In this document: positions 9,608 to 19,916 of the stretch, piece by piece
Position numbering within the stretch: position 1 is the first letter of the stretch
How the letters are laid out: each line of letters starts with the position of its first letter
Source of the DNA: an uncultured Planctomycetia bacterium
GTDB taxonomy: Bacteria; Omnitrophota; Gorgyraeia; Duberdicusellales; 4484-171
Assembly (NCBI GenBank): GCA_964635565.1
Contig: CAZWON010000003.1
Location: forward strand, 5,345-69,344
Direction: 5' to 3'
DNA length: 64,000 nucleotides
The notes under the pieces: generated by a model
The model's input: the letters and a program-made list of their open reading frames with translations, nothing else
Told to the model about the DNA's origin: nothing
Database searches by the model: none
Made by a program: the position numbers and the translations under genes

Positions 9608-10921
9608 TCAATTATCAACCAAAGCAAACATAAGCTCTGCTTCTGCTACAATCTTATTATCCACAAAGGCCTTGGTAATTACAGTACCTGTACGTTTTTT
9701 TATCTTTCCTGTAGTTACCTCAATAATTAACTGATCTCCTGGTTCTACAGTTTTCCTAAATTTAATATTGTTTGCAGCCATAAAATAGGCTAATTTTCCT
9801 TTATTCTCTTCATCAGCAAGCATCAATACCCCTCCTACTTGAGCCATTGCTTCAATAATAAGTACTCCTGGCATTACTGCTTTGGAAGGAAAATGCCCCT
9901 GGAAAAAATAATCATTTATAGTGACATTTTTTATCCCCACTGCTTTCTTACCCTTTTCCATATAAATAATACGGTCCACTAAAAGAAAAGGATAGCGATG
10001 GGGCAAAACTTGTTTTATATCATCAATAAAAAGCTCTCCTTCTTCTCTAAAATAACTTGCGCTAGAACCCACACCACCTAACAATGCCTTTTCTTTATAT
10101 TTCTTGAGCCTATTAAGAAGTTTAATGTTTAAACTATGACCGCTTCTTATAGCAATAACATGGGCCTTAAGAAATCCTGCCAGATACAAATCACCTAAGA
10201 GGTCTAATACTTTATGCTTTACAAACTCATCAGAAAGCCTCAGCTGGTTTTTAATTATTTTTCTTTTAGAAACAACTAAAGTATTTTCGTAATTAGAACC
10301 TTTTCCCAACCCCATTTTCATTAAAGAATCAACTTCTTCCTCCAAACAAAATGTTCTTGCTTCATAAATCTTATCTGAAAAATCTCCATTTAAAATAATA
10401 TCCAAAAAACCAGTATTAATTATTCTATTATCATACTTTAAAGTGTAAGAAATTCTTGTTTCACGATAAGGAACAACCGCAATGCAAGAATCATTCTCCT
10501 CTACCCACAAGGGCTCTCTAATTACTAGATATTTACGCAATGCTTCCTGAGAAACTATTTCTGCCTCAAGAAGTTTCTCTACAAATTCCTTGGCACTTCC
10601 ATCCATTCCTGGAACCTCTTCTCCCCATATACCCACATAAATATTATCTATCCCTAAAAGATAGAATGCAGACATAAGATGCTCAATGGTATGAATAAAA
10701 ACGTCTCCCTGACCTATAGAAGTACGGCGAGGATACTTTTCCGGATCTAACACCGAATAAAGATCAGCTTTTATCATTACTTCGGGAGATAAATCTTTTC
10801 TAATAAATACCACTCCTGTATTGCACGGAGCAGGTAAAAATTCCATCTTTACTCTTTTTCCTGTATGAAGTCCTACTCCTTCAACTACTACTCTATTCTT
10901 AATAGTATTCTGTTTATCCAT
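9608..10921 (-). CDS. lpxC: Bifunctional LpxC deacetylase / FabZ dehydratase
   Basis: [26 protein letters not shown] (LpxC); [30 protein letters not shown] (FabZ). Confidence 0.96.
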   Translation of the reverse strand: MDKQNTIKNRVVVEGVGLHTGKRVKMEFLPAPCNTGVVFIRKDLSPEVMIKADLYSVLDPEKYPRRTSIGQGDVFIHTIEHLMSAFYLLGIDNIYVGIWGEEVPGMDGSAKEFVEKLLEAEIVSQEALRKYLVIREPLWVEENDSCIAVVPYRETRISYTLKYDNRIINTGFLDIILNGDFSDKIYEARTFCLEEEVDSLMKMGLGKGSNYENTLVVSKRKIIKNQLRLSDEFVKHKVLDLLGDLYLAGFLKAHVIAIRSGHSLNIKLLNRLKKYKEKALLGGVGSSASYFREEGELFIDDIKQVLPHRYPFLLVDRIIYMEKGKKAVGIKNVTINDYFFQGHFPSKAVMPGVLIIEAMAQVGGVLMLADEENKGKLAYFMAANNIKFRKTVEPGDQLIIEVTTGKIKKRTGTVITKAFVDNKIVAEAELMFALVDN

Positions 10922-11954
10922 TCTTATTTTGTTTCTCTTCTAATTCTCTTACCCTTTCCTCTAATTCCTTCAGCTTACGGTAAACTTCTGGTAGTCTTTG
11001 CACACAGGCATTAACTCTTTTTGCTTTTTCGTGAGGTTTAGCAGGGTAACCCGAGACTTTCACTCCTGGAGGGACAGATTTTGTAACTCCTGCCTGAGCA
11101 GCAACAATTGCTCCATCTCCAATAGTAATATGACCAACCAATCCTGCCTGACCTGCTAAAATTACTCCTTTACCTAAAATTGTACTTCCTGAAATCCCTG
11201 CTTGAGCAACAATGATAGAGTTTTTGCCAATAATAACATTATGAGCTATCTGGACAAGATTATCTATCTTTGTTCCTTTACCTACAATAGTTTTGTCAAA
11301 ACGCGCTCTATCAATAGTAACATTGGCTCCAATCTCCACATCATCCTCTATTACTACTGTTCCTATCTGAGGAATCTTTTTCTGCACTCCCTTTACTGTA
11401 GCAAAACCAAAACCATCACTCCCTATTACTGTTCCTGAATGAATAATTACCCTATCACCAATTTCTACTCTCTGAAGCACAGTAACATTAGGATAGATAA
11501 GACATTCCCTGCCAATAACTACTGACCTACCTATATAGCTACCGCCGTATACAACAGTATTATCCCCTAAAGAAGCACTATCTTCTATAATCACATAGGG
11601 CCCAAGAGAGACATTCTCTCCCAACTTTACATTTTTGCCAATGATTGCTGTGGGGTGAATTCCCCGGGGATGCCTGATATAATTGGGAGCCACTAACTCT
11701 ACTACCTTTGAAAAAGCCAAAGAAGGATTTTCTGTCCTAATTAGAGCTCTTCTACTATTGGTTACCTCTTTAGAAGTTATGATTGCAGAAGCACGGGTTA
11801 TTTCCATAAGCCGTTGGTATTTAGAGTTAGCCAAAAAAGTTATATCCCCTTTTTCAGCTTCTTTAATCCCAGAAATTCCTGTAATTACAATATCAGGGTC
11901 ACCAATAAGCTCTCCCCCTATAATCTGAGCAATTTCTCTTAACGTAAATTTCAT
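10914..11954 (-). CDS. lpxD: UDP-3-O-acylglucosamine N-acyltransferase
   Basis: [35 protein letters not shown]. Confidence 0.96.
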   Translation of the reverse strand: MKFTLREIAQIIGGELIGDPDIVITGISGIKEAEKGDITFLANSKYQRLMEITRASAIITSKEVTNSRRALIRTENPSLAFSKVVELVAPNYIRHPRGIHPTAIIGKNVKLGENVSLGPYVIIEDSASLGDNTVVYGGSYIGRSVVIGRECLIYPNVTVLQRVEIGDRVIIHSGTVIGSDGFGFATVKGVQKKIPQIGTVVIEDDVEIGANVTIDRARFDKTIVGKGTKIDNLVQIAHNVIIGKNSIIVAQAGISGSTILGKGVILAGQAGLVGHITIGDGAIVAAQAGVTKSVPPGVKVSGYPAKPHEKAKRVNACVQRLPEVYRKLKELEERVRELEEKQNKNG

Positions 11955-12460
11955 TTTGCCTTATACCCTTCGTTAAGCTTCTTTAATATAATATCTGTTA
12001 TATCTATCCCTTCACTACCATAAAGAACAGCACTCCTGTTAAAAATTAAATCAAATCTATTCTTTTCTGCATATCTACTTATAGTATTATTAATATCACC
12101 TATAATTTCACTTATTTTCTCATCGCTTTCTTTTTTTAAATCCGCCACTATCTGTGACTCTAAAGTTCTATATTCCCTGATTGCTATCTTAATTTTTTCT
12201 TCCTGTTGAGCTTTTTCTTTATCCTTAAGTAATTCTAACTTATCTCTCATTTTAATTATTTCACTCCTCTTTTCCTCTAACTTATTCTCCTTTTCTTTAT
12301 TTTTCTTCTTTTCATCAAGAATCTTCTCGTAGTCTTTAGTTTTTTTATAATTATTGAAAAGCTTAATAATATCAGCATATCCTATTTTTATATCTTTACT
12401 ATATCCTGGAAAACTTATACACAAACATAATATAATAACTAATCCCCCTATTCTCTTCAT
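11951..12460 (-). CDS. skp: OmpH/Skp periplasmic chaperone
   Basis: Signal peptide, KIGYAD, coiled coil, VLYG..DITD; lies between bamA and lpxD. Confidence 0.88.
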   Translation of the reverse strand: MKRIGGLVIILCLCISFPGYSKDIKIGYADIIKLFNNYKKTKDYEKILDEKKKNKEKENKLEEKRSEIIKMRDKLELLKDKEKAQQEEKIKIAIREYRTLESQIVADLKKESDEKISEIIGDINNTISRYAEKNRFDLIFNRSAVLYGSEGIDITDIILKKLNEGYKAK

Positions 12461-12483
12461 CTTCTCTCCTCCTTCTTAGTTAA

Positions 12484-14751
12484 TCAAAAGCCTCTGCTAA
12501 TATTGAAATGAAATCTCCCTTCTTTTCCTTCCTCTCCCGGCTCAGTATTAAGTGGCCACCCATAATCTAAACTTATAGGACCAAGGGGAGTCTTTAATCT
12601 TATCCCTATTCCTATACTAGACTTAAAACCCCCACTTAATAAATCGCTCCGTCTCTCCCAGACATTTCCTGTATCAAAAAAAACAGCTAACTTGATAATA
12701 TCAGTAAGAAGGTATGTATACTCAATATTGCCAATAAAAAGAGCTTCTCCCCCAATAGGATCCTCTGTTAAAGAATCAATAGGTCCTATTTTCCTTTCGT
12801 GATATCCTCTTATTGTAGAAGACCCACCCGCAAAGAACCTCTTATAGATAGGAACTTTATCCGTATTAGAAAAAGCTTCGGCAATGCCTAAACGCAACTT
12901 AAACTCTATAACTGCCTTCTGGGATAAAGAAAAAAACTTACTAGCAATTGAAGAAAAACGAATAAAATCCTTCTTTCCCCCTAAAAAACTTGCTGTAATA
13001 TCCAAAGAATTACTAAAATAAATACCTGTAGTGGGAGAGAAAATATTATCTCTCGTATCATAAGTTAAACCTAACTCTATTGTACTTAAACTGTGTGTTC
13101 CTGCTTCTTCTTTAAGCGCTTGAGAAGCATCACTAACTACATCCGTAATTTCTACCGACTCAAAACGGTAGCCCACTCTACCTTTAAGATAATCACTGAA
13201 TTCGCGAGCAAACATTACTGCTCCTCCTGCAACATCTTCTTCATATCCATAGCCTACATCTTCATCCTGCTGGTGCCCTCTTTTATAACCTTGGAAACCA
13301 AAAGAAATCGGCTTATCAAAAATCCAAGGATTAGTAAAATCCAATTCATAGCGATCTGCTATACTTCCAAAACTTGCTCTAATACTTAAGTCCTGCCCTC
13401 CCCCTGTAAATGTAGACCAGTTTTTATAGTCAAAATTACGTTGTCTCAGTTCTATAAAGCCAGTAAATTGATCAATAGAACTGTACCCTCCTCCAAAACT
13501 TAAATAGCCAGTCTTTGCCTCCTTAACATTGATAATTAAATTCTCCCATTGAGGTCTTGAACCCGGCTCAGAATTAAACCTTATTTCCTCAAAAAAACCA
13601 AGATTTTCTAAACGTTGACGGCTCTTCCTAATTTTTTCTCCTTCAAACTTATCGCCGGGATAAATTCTCAATTCTCTTCTAATAACTTTATCTCTTGTCT
13701 TGGTATTACCTCGAATTTCAATTTTCTCTACATAAGCAACTTCATTTTCTGTAATATTAAAACTCACATCAACTTTGTTGGTCTGAAGATTAAGGAACAT
13801 TGTTGGCTTAACCTCTACATAAATATATCCCCCATCAATATATAATCCTCTTATATTATTACTTCCTTCTCTAACCTTTCGCTCGATATAAATGTCACCT
13901 TCTTTAAAACCTATGACTTTTTTAATCGCATCCAAAGGCAATACTTCATTGCCTTCTATTCTAATGGTTCCCACATAGTAACGTTTTCCTTCGTTAATAT
14001 TAATAGTAATATAAGCCTCATTTACAATTCTCTCTATTGCATAATCTACTTTTACCTCACTGAATCCCTCTTCTTTATAAAAATCCTCTATCCTTTTGAT
14101 ATCATCTATTAATATCTCCTCCTTCAACAATCCTTTATTAAAAAGCCATTTTGCTTTCGTACGCATAAGTTTCTGGAGTCTTTTTGTCTTTATATGAACA
14201 TTCCCTTTAAAGACAATCCTTTTTACTCTAACAACCCTTCCCTCATTAATATTAAAAGTGATTTTCGCATATCTCTTCTCATCGTCTAACTCAATGTTAT
14301 AACTAACTTCTGCCTCAGAAAACCCTCTCTTATTATATAAATCCTTTATTTTATTTTTTATCTCCTCTAGCCTATACTCGTCAAGAAACGAACCTTCTTC
14401 TAAATCTATTAACTTCTCTATCCGTTTTTTATGAATACGGTGCGTTCCCTTTACATCGATCTCCTTTATCACCGCTCTTTCTTTAAATTTGAAAATTACA
14501 ATTATCCCCTCCCCTGTAGCCATCTTTTCCACTCTAATATCATCGAAGTAACCTGTCTCATATAAATTTTTTATATCGTTATCTATAACGCTCTCATTAT
14601 ACACTTCTCCCCGACGGGTCTTGAGTATAGAGAATATAGTTGCATCACTTACGATTTTATTACCTGCAATTTTTATCTGGAAAATCTTTTGGGAAGAATA
14701 AGCAGAAATGACAAGAAGGAAAGTACTAAAAAAAACAGTTGGTTTTTTCAT
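12484..14751 (-). CDS. bamA: Outer membrane protein assembly factor BamA
   Basis: POTRA repeats (GNTKTRDKVIRREL), IRGY, TPLGPISLDYG, C-terminal F. Confidence 0.96.
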   Translation of the reverse strand: MKKPTVFFSTFLLVISAYSSQKIFQIKIAGNKIVSDATIFSILKTRRGEVYNESVIDNDIKNLYETGYFDDIRVEKMATGEGIIVIFKFKERAVIKEIDVKGTHRIHKKRIEKLIDLEEGSFLDEYRLEEIKNKIKDLYNKRGFSEAEVSYNIELDDEKRYAKITFNINEGRVVRVKRIVFKGNVHIKTKRLQKLMRTKAKWLFNKGLLKEEILIDDIKRIEDFYKEEGFSEVKVDYAIERIVNEAYITININEGKRYYVGTIRIEGNEVLPLDAIKKVIGFKEGDIYIERKVREGSNNIRGLYIDGGYIYVEVKPTMFLNLQTNKVDVSFNITENEVAYVEKIEIRGNTKTRDKVIRRELRIYPGDKFEGEKIRKSRQRLENLGFFEEIRFNSEPGSRPQWENLIINVKEAKTGYLSFGGGYSSIDQFTGFIELRQRNFDYKNWSTFTGGGQDLSIRASFGSIADRYELDFTNPWIFDKPISFGFQGYKRGHQQDEDVGYGYEEDVAGGAVMFAREFSDYLKGRVGYRFESVEITDVVSDASQALKEEAGTHSLSTIELGLTYDTRDNIFSPTTGIYFSNSLDITASFLGGKKDFIRFSSIASKFFSLSQKAVIEFKLRLGIAEAFSNTDKVPIYKRFFAGGSSTIRGYHERKIGPIDSLTEDPIGGEALFIGNIEYTYLLTDIIKLAVFFDTGNVWERRSDLLSGGFKSSIGIGIRLKTPLGPISLDYGWPLNTEPGEEGKEGRFHFNISRGF

Positions 14752-14761
14752 TATTCAAAAT

Positions 14762-14790
14762 ATTATAAGGAAATTGTCTCTAAAAGTCAA
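14762..14790 (-). promoter_or_regulatory. Putative sigma70 promoter for the bamA-skp-lpx genes
   Basis: Minus strand TTGACT-17 nt-TATAAT; the -10 ends 10 nt before the ATG. Confidence 0.6.
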
Positions 14791-16139
14791 TCTTCCCTCA
14801 ATTTAGAAAGATTCACAAATTTCATATACTCTCTTATAAAACCTAAATAAACGCTCCCTGTAGGTCCATTTCTCTGTTTTGCAATTATAACCTCAGCAAT
14901 ACCTTTATTTTCAGGAGTAGGAGTATAGTACTCCTCCCTTAAAAGTAAAACTACTACATCAGCATCCTGTTCTATTGCTCCGGATTCTCTTAAATCCGAT
15001 AATTGGGGACGATGGTCCTGTCTTGCTTCAACAGCACGGGAAAGTTGACTCACTGCAATAAGAGGAACACTAACTTCTTTTGCCAGTGCTTTTAAAGAAC
15101 GGGAAATCTCTGAAATCTCCTGTTGTCTACTTTCTCCCTTCCTCATTGAGCGAATCATTTGAAGATAATCAACAATTATCAACTTAATATTATGATGCGC
15201 TTTTAAACGGCGTGCTTTTGCTCTTAATTCGAATATATTTAAAGTAGGAGTATCATCAATAAAAATTGGTGCCTCAGAAAGTCTCCCTGCTGCTGAAGTA
15301 AGAAGGGGCCATTCACTAGGCGCTAAGAAACCCGTCCTTAATTTATGAACATCCACTTTAGCTTGAGAACAAAGAAATCTTTGCATAAGTTGGTCTTTGG
15401 ACATTTCCAGACTGAAAAATCCTACAGGAATTTTCTCCTCACACCCCACATACTCCGCAATATTTACCGCTAAAGCACTCTTACCCATAGAAGGTCGACC
15501 TGCTAAAATTATCAAATCTCCATTTTGTAAACCTGCAGTCTTTACATCAAAATCGCGGAACCCTGTCGGGATCCCTGTTATATGAGACTTCTTATGATAA
15601 AGTGACTCTATAAGTTCTATACCATCTTTAATAATATCCTTTATATGAATATAACTCCCTTCGATTCTTTTATCACTTATTTCAAAAATAAGACGTTCTG
15701 CTTTATCCAGTATTACACTAACATCCTCCTCTTCTTTATATACAGACTCAACTATCTTTGTAGCGTTAGCTACCAATGACCGTAAGATACTTTTCTCTTT
15801 AACAATATGTGCATAATGGGTTACATTTGCTGAAGTAGGAACAAAATCTGCAAGCATAGTAAGATAAACAGCCCCTCCTATTTTTTCTAATAATCTTTTT
15901 TTATTTAAATCTTCAGAGACTGTAAGGATATCTACTTTCTTTCCTGTATCAAATAAAGATACGATACTAGAGAAAATCAATTTATGTTCGTCTCGATAAA
16001 AAGAATTCACATCAATAACTTCTAAAGCTTCGGAAATTGCTTTTTCATCAATAAGCATTGCCCCCAAAACCGCCATTTCCGCATCGATGTTTTGAGGAGG
16101 AAGCTTCTGAATATCTTGCTTTACGGAAGGACTATTCAT
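14787..16139 (-). CDS. dnaB: Replicative DNA helicase
   Basis: PPQNIDAE, AGRPSMGKS, IIVDYLQ, LSDLRESGAIEQDAD, KQRNGPTG. Start at ATG 16139 overlaps the rplI stop. Confidence 0.97.
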   Translation of the reverse strand: MNSPSVKQDIQKLPPQNIDAEMAVLGAMLIDEKAISEALEVIDVNSFYRDEHKLIFSSIVSLFDTGKKVDILTVSEDLNKKRLLEKIGGAVYLTMLADFVPTSANVTHYAHIVKEKSILRSLVANATKIVESVYKEEEDVSVILDKAERLIFEISDKRIEGSYIHIKDIIKDGIELIESLYHKKSHITGIPTGFRDFDVKTAGLQNGDLIILAGRPSMGKSALAVNIAEYVGCEEKIPVGFFSLEMSKDQLMQRFLCSQAKVDVHKLRTGFLAPSEWPLLTSAAGRLSEAPIFIDDTPTLNIFELRAKARRLKAHHNIKLIIVDYLQMIRSMRKGESRQQEISEISRSLKALAKEVSVPLIAVSQLSRAVEARQDHRPQLSDLRESGAIEQDADVVVLLLREEYYTPTPENKGIAEVIIAKQRNGPTGSVYLGFIREYMKFVNLSKLRED

Positions 16140-16579
16140 TTTTGCACAACCCAAATTCTTAACTTAGCCTCTATCTGAGAATGGAGCTTAACTATCACAT
16201 CATATGCTCCTAATTTTTTAATAGAAGGAGAGATAATAATCTGTTGACGTTTTAACTCAATATCTTCCTCTTTTAATGCTTTAACAATATGTGCTTCATT
16301 TATTGAACCGTAAATCTCTCCATTTTCTTTAGCCTCTACCGTTAGAGTTAAAGATATATTTTCCAATTTCTCTTTCAATTTAAGATTGGCTTGATAGATG
16401 CGCTCTTCTGACTTTTTACGTTCCCTCTCTATCTTTGCAAATCTTTTCATATTATCTTTTGTAGCTAAAAGAGCAAACCCTTTTGGTATAAGATAATTAC
16501 GGGCATACCCATCTTTCACTCCTACAATATCACCTTCTTTCCCTAATTTCCTTATTTCTTTTAAAAGAATAATCTTCAT
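16136..16579 (-). CDS. rplI: 50S ribosomal protein L9
   Basis: [30 protein letters not shown]. Confidence 0.96.
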   Translation of the reverse strand: MKIILLKEIRKLGKEGDIVGVKDGYARNYLIPKGFALLATKDNMKRFAKIERERKKSEERIYQANLKLKEKLENISLTLTVEAKENGEIYGSINEAHIVKALKEEDIELKRQQIIISPSIKKLGAYDVIVKLHSQIEAKLRIWVVQK

Positions 16580-16806
16580 TTTGCCAAATAAGGTAAAAGA
16601 TTTAAAAACCGTGCGCGTTTAATCTCTCGGGCTAAAACTCTCTGGTGTTTAGCACAATTCCCACTGGAACGGCGAGAAACAATCTTTTTTTTAGAAGAGA
16701 TAAAACGGCTCAGTAAATCTATATTTTTATAGTCTATCTCTAATTTCTTTTTACAGAAAATGCAATTCTTTTTAAATCTAATAGGTTTTCTCTTCTTCTT
16801 CTGCAT
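16576..16806 (-). CDS. rpsR: 30S ribosomal protein S18 (Zn-binding form)
   Basis: CIFC, IDYKN, CAKHQR, IKRAR. Confidence 0.95.
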   Translation of the reverse strand: MQKKKRKPIRFKKNCIFCKKKLEIDYKNIDLLSRFISSKKKIVSRRSSGNCAKHQRVLAREIKRARFLNLLPYLAK

Positions 16807-16808
16807 GA

Positions 16809-17213
16809 TTAAACCACCTCTCCTAAATCTGCTACTTCCTCTGGTTCACTGCCTAAATCTACCTCTTTTGTCTCTGCTTTTACTCCTTTCGGCATAAACT
16901 GCACACTGTTAGCTCTTACTTCAATAATGTTTCGAGATTTACCTTCGGAATTCTGCCAACTACGGGAAATAAGTCTTCCCTCAACAAATATACTTCTTCC
17001 CTTTTCTAAATACTGGTTACAAATCTCTGCTAATTGTCCCCAAGCTACAACATTTACGAAACACGTATCCTTTTTTGCCTCGCCATTCTTATCCTTAAAG
17101 GAAGTATTCACAGCAATTCTTAAAGTAGTAACTGCTGTTCCTTGGGAAGTATAGCGAAGTTCAGGATCTTTTGTAAGATTGCCTACCAAAAGTACTTTAT
17201 TTAAACTAACCAC
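16809..17213 (-). CDS. ssb: Single-stranded DNA-binding protein
   Basis: [24 protein letters not shown]; SD AAGGAGGT before GTG. Confidence 0.95.
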   Translation of the reverse strand: MVSLNKVLLVGNLTKDPELRYTSQGTAVTTLRIAVNTSFKDKNGEAKKDTCFVNVVAWGQLAEICNQYLEKGRSIFVEGRLISRSWQNSEGKSRNIIEVRANSVQFMPKGVKAETKEVDLGSEPEEVADLGEVV

Positions 17214-17366
17214 TTTACCTCCTTCTTATTTAATGTTCCCCTCTCGGAGAAGTTTAACCCTCCTCTTTAAAAATAACTACTGGCAAAATAAAATACAATT
17301 TTTATATTAAAATTATCTCGCTATTTATTTTAATATCTCTTTATTTTATAAAAATTCTAATCCTTT

Positions 17367-17684
17367 CTACTTTTTCTCTCTTCTAATAATAAGATAACGT
17401 AAGATATTTTCTTCTAGGCGAATAGTCTCCTTTAATTCAGGTAACTTGGCAGTATCGAGGATAAAATGAATAAGCCAATAGCATCCTTTGTTAAATTTCT
17501 TCTTCCCCGCCCCTCGGGAACGTAAAGGATAAACAAAATTCCTTTCTCTTGCCCAAACCTCTACTTTCTCAACCTTACCTCCATACTCTTCTATTTTCGT
17601 AGATATTTTATCAAAGATGGCCTTTAAATCTTGATCCGATAGCTCGCTATTAATAATCACCATTGATTCATAAAATCTTTCCAC
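17367..17684 (-). CDS. rpsF: 30S ribosomal protein S6
   Basis: YESMVI...GGKV...W...YP...G.Y...ILRYLI; rpsF-ssb-rpsR-rplI order. Confidence 0.9.
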   Translation of the reverse strand: MERFYESMVIINSELSDQDLKAIFDKISTKIEEYGGKVEKVEVWARERNFVYPLRSRGAGKKKFNKGCYWLIHFILDTAKLPELKETIRLEENILRYLIIRREKK

Positions 17685-17712
17685 TATTTCTCTCCTGTTT
17701 TACTTTTAAATT

Positions 17713-18291
17713 TTATGAAGCAATATTCGCTTTCTTAGCTATATTACTACATAAGATTCTCCCTTTGTTTATCCACTCCCCACAGCACAATACAGCCCTC
17801 TCAAGCACATCTTCTATCGTATCTTTTTCTTCCTCGCTAAAAGAACTCAATACATAATCTGTTATGTCTTTCCTATTATGCGGTCGTCCAATACCTATCT
17901 TTAAACGTTTTATTCTCTCACTACCCAGATGCTGAATAACCGACTCCATTCCTTTATGTCCTGCACTTCTCCCTTTTATTCTAAAGCGGATTCTACCTAA
18001 AGGTAAATCCACATCATCATATACTATTAATATTTCTTCTACATTTATTTTCCAATGTGTAACAATCTTCTTAACACACGCTCCTGAATTATTCATAAAA
18101 GTCGAGGGCTTAACCAACATTATTTTTTCTTTAAATAAATCACTCTTAACAAGGTAAGCTTTAAAAATATTAGATTTCTTAAAACGTAAAGAATACCTTT
18201 CTGCTATCTTGTCTAAAACCATAAATCCCACATTATGTCTGGTAAATACATACTCTTTACCAACGTTACCTAAACCTACAATTAGTTTCAA
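17713..18291 (-). CDS. pth: Peptidyl-tRNA hydrolase
   Basis: LIVGLGN, TRHNVGF, KPSTFMNNSG, GHKG, IGIGRP. Confidence 0.96.
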   Translation of the reverse strand: MKLIVGLGNVGKEYVFTRHNVGFMVLDKIAERYSLRFKKSNIFKAYLVKSDLFKEKIMLVKPSTFMNNSGACVKKIVTHWKINVEEILIVYDDVDLPLGRIRFRIKGRSAGHKGMESVIQHLGSERIKRLKIGIGRPHNRKDITDYVLSSFSEEEKDTIEDVLERAVLCCGEWINKGRILCSNIAKKANIAS

Positions 18292-18953
18292 CCTTCCTCT
18301 TTCTCTATCTTAGCTTCTTTTTCTTTCTCTTTTTCTTTAATAACTTCCGGCTCCTCCTCTGGTGACTTCTCCTCTACTTCTACTTCCTCCTGTTTTGCTA
18401 CAACAGTAACAATTGTTTCACTAGCGTCCTCAATCACCTTTATATTCTTATCAAAACTTATGTCCTTAACATGCAAAGAATCTCCTATTTCTAACGAAGA
18501 AACATTTAATTCTATCTTTTCAGGAATCTCCAAAGGCAAAGCTTCTACCTCCACCTCCCAAAGCATCTGCTCCAATATCCCTCCATCCTTTACACCTTTA
18601 CAATCCCCTTTTAACACTACAGGAATGTTTACACGAATTTTTTCCTCCAGAGAAACCTTAACAAAGTCAATATGAATAACCTCCTCTGTAAGAGGATTAT
18701 ATTGAATATCTTTTATCAAAACATTTATCTTACTCGAATTATCTCTATAACCTTCAATTACCATATCTATAACTGTACTTTCAGAAAAATGGATGGCGCG
18801 CAGAGCGGTTAAAGAAAAACGAGAAAGTTTAACGGGAACGTTAAAGCCTCTACCGTAAATAACTGCAGGAATAAACCCCTCTCTTCGTATCTTCTTAGAA
18901 GCCTCTTTACCTGATTCTTTACGCAATAAACTTTTTATCTTGACTCTCTCCAC
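18288..18953 (-). CDS. rplY: 50S ribosomal protein L25/Ctc
   Basis: RREGFIPAVIYG, HIDF, GVKDGG, IGDSLHVKD. Confidence 0.95.
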   Translation of the reverse strand: MERVKIKSLLRKESGKEASKKIRREGFIPAVIYGRGFNVPVKLSRFSLTALRAIHFSESTVIDMVIEGYRDNSSKINVLIKDIQYNPLTEEVIHIDFVKVSLEEKIRVNIPVVLKGDCKGVKDGGILEQMLWEVEVEALPLEIPEKIELNVSSLEIGDSLHVKDISFDKNIKVIEDASETIVTVVAKQEEVEVEEKSPEEEPEVIKEKEKEKEAKIEKEEG

Positions 18954-18956
18954 GAA

Positions 18957-19904
18957 TTAACTCCTTATTGAACCAAATAAAACACTTATCGATTCTTCGC
19001 GGTGAATCCTTTTAATTGCCTCAGCAAACAATTTCGCCATGGAAACTATCTTAATATGACCGCTTCTCTTACTTTTATCCAAAAGAATAGAATCAGAAAT
19101 AACCAAGCAATCAATATAAGAATTGTCTATTCTCTTAACAGCATCATTGGATAATACTCCATGGGTGACACATGCATAAATCTTCTTTGCTCCTGCCTGT
19201 TTTAAAGCTTTTGCCGCCTCTACTAAGGAACTTCCTGTAGCAATAATATCATCTACAAGAATAACATTTTTATTATTCACATCTCCCAAAATATGCATAA
19301 CTTCCGTAGCTTCAGGACTGCTTCTTCTCTTATCCACAATGGCTAAACCAGCTCTAAATTTCTTAGCATAGGCTCGCGCCATTTTTATTCCTCCTACATC
19401 TGGAGAAACAATAACTAAGTTACTAAGCTTTCTCTTTTTAAAATATCCTAAAAACTCATTTACTGCATAAAGATGATCAAGCGGTATGTCAAAAAACCCC
19501 TGGAGCTGGCCTGCATGGAGATCTAAAGTCAAAACTCTACTTGCTCCTGCAACTGTTAATAAATTAGCTACCAATTTTGCAGTAATAGGAACTCGGGGTT
19601 GATCCTTTCTATCTTGACGAGCATAACCAAAATAAGGAATAACTGCAGTAATCCTCGACGGTGAAGCACGTCTTAAAGCATCCAACATTACCAAAAGTTC
19701 CATAAGATTTTCATTAACAGGAGGGGAGGTAGATTGAATAATAAAAACATCCTTCCCTCTCACATTCTCTCCGATTTTAACCCTTGCCTCTCCATCACTG
19801 AAACGAGATACTAAAGCTTTACCTAACTTAATATTAAGACACTGGCATATCCTCTTTGCCAAAACTATATTGGAATTCCCACTAAAAACTACCAACTTAT
19901 CCAT
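18957..19904 (-). CDS. prs: Ribose-phosphate pyrophosphokinase
   Basis: FSDGE, YFGYARQDRK, DLHA, VSPDVGG, VDDIIATG. Confidence 0.97.
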   Translation of the reverse strand: MDKLVVFSGNSNIVLAKRICQCLNIKLGKALVSRFSDGEARVKIGENVRGKDVFIIQSTSPPVNENLMELLVMLDALRRASPSRITAVIPYFGYARQDRKDQPRVPITAKLVANLLTVAGASRVLTLDLHAGQLQGFFDIPLDHLYAVNEFLGYFKKRKLSNLVIVSPDVGGIKMARAYAKKFRAGLAIVDKRRSSPEATEVMHILGDVNNKNVILVDDIIATGSSLVEAAKALKQAGAKKIYACVTHGVLSNDAVKRIDNSYIDCLVISDSILLDKSKRSGHIKIVSMAKLFAEAIKRIHREESISVLFGSIRS

Positions 19905-19916
19905 AACTCTAGAAAA

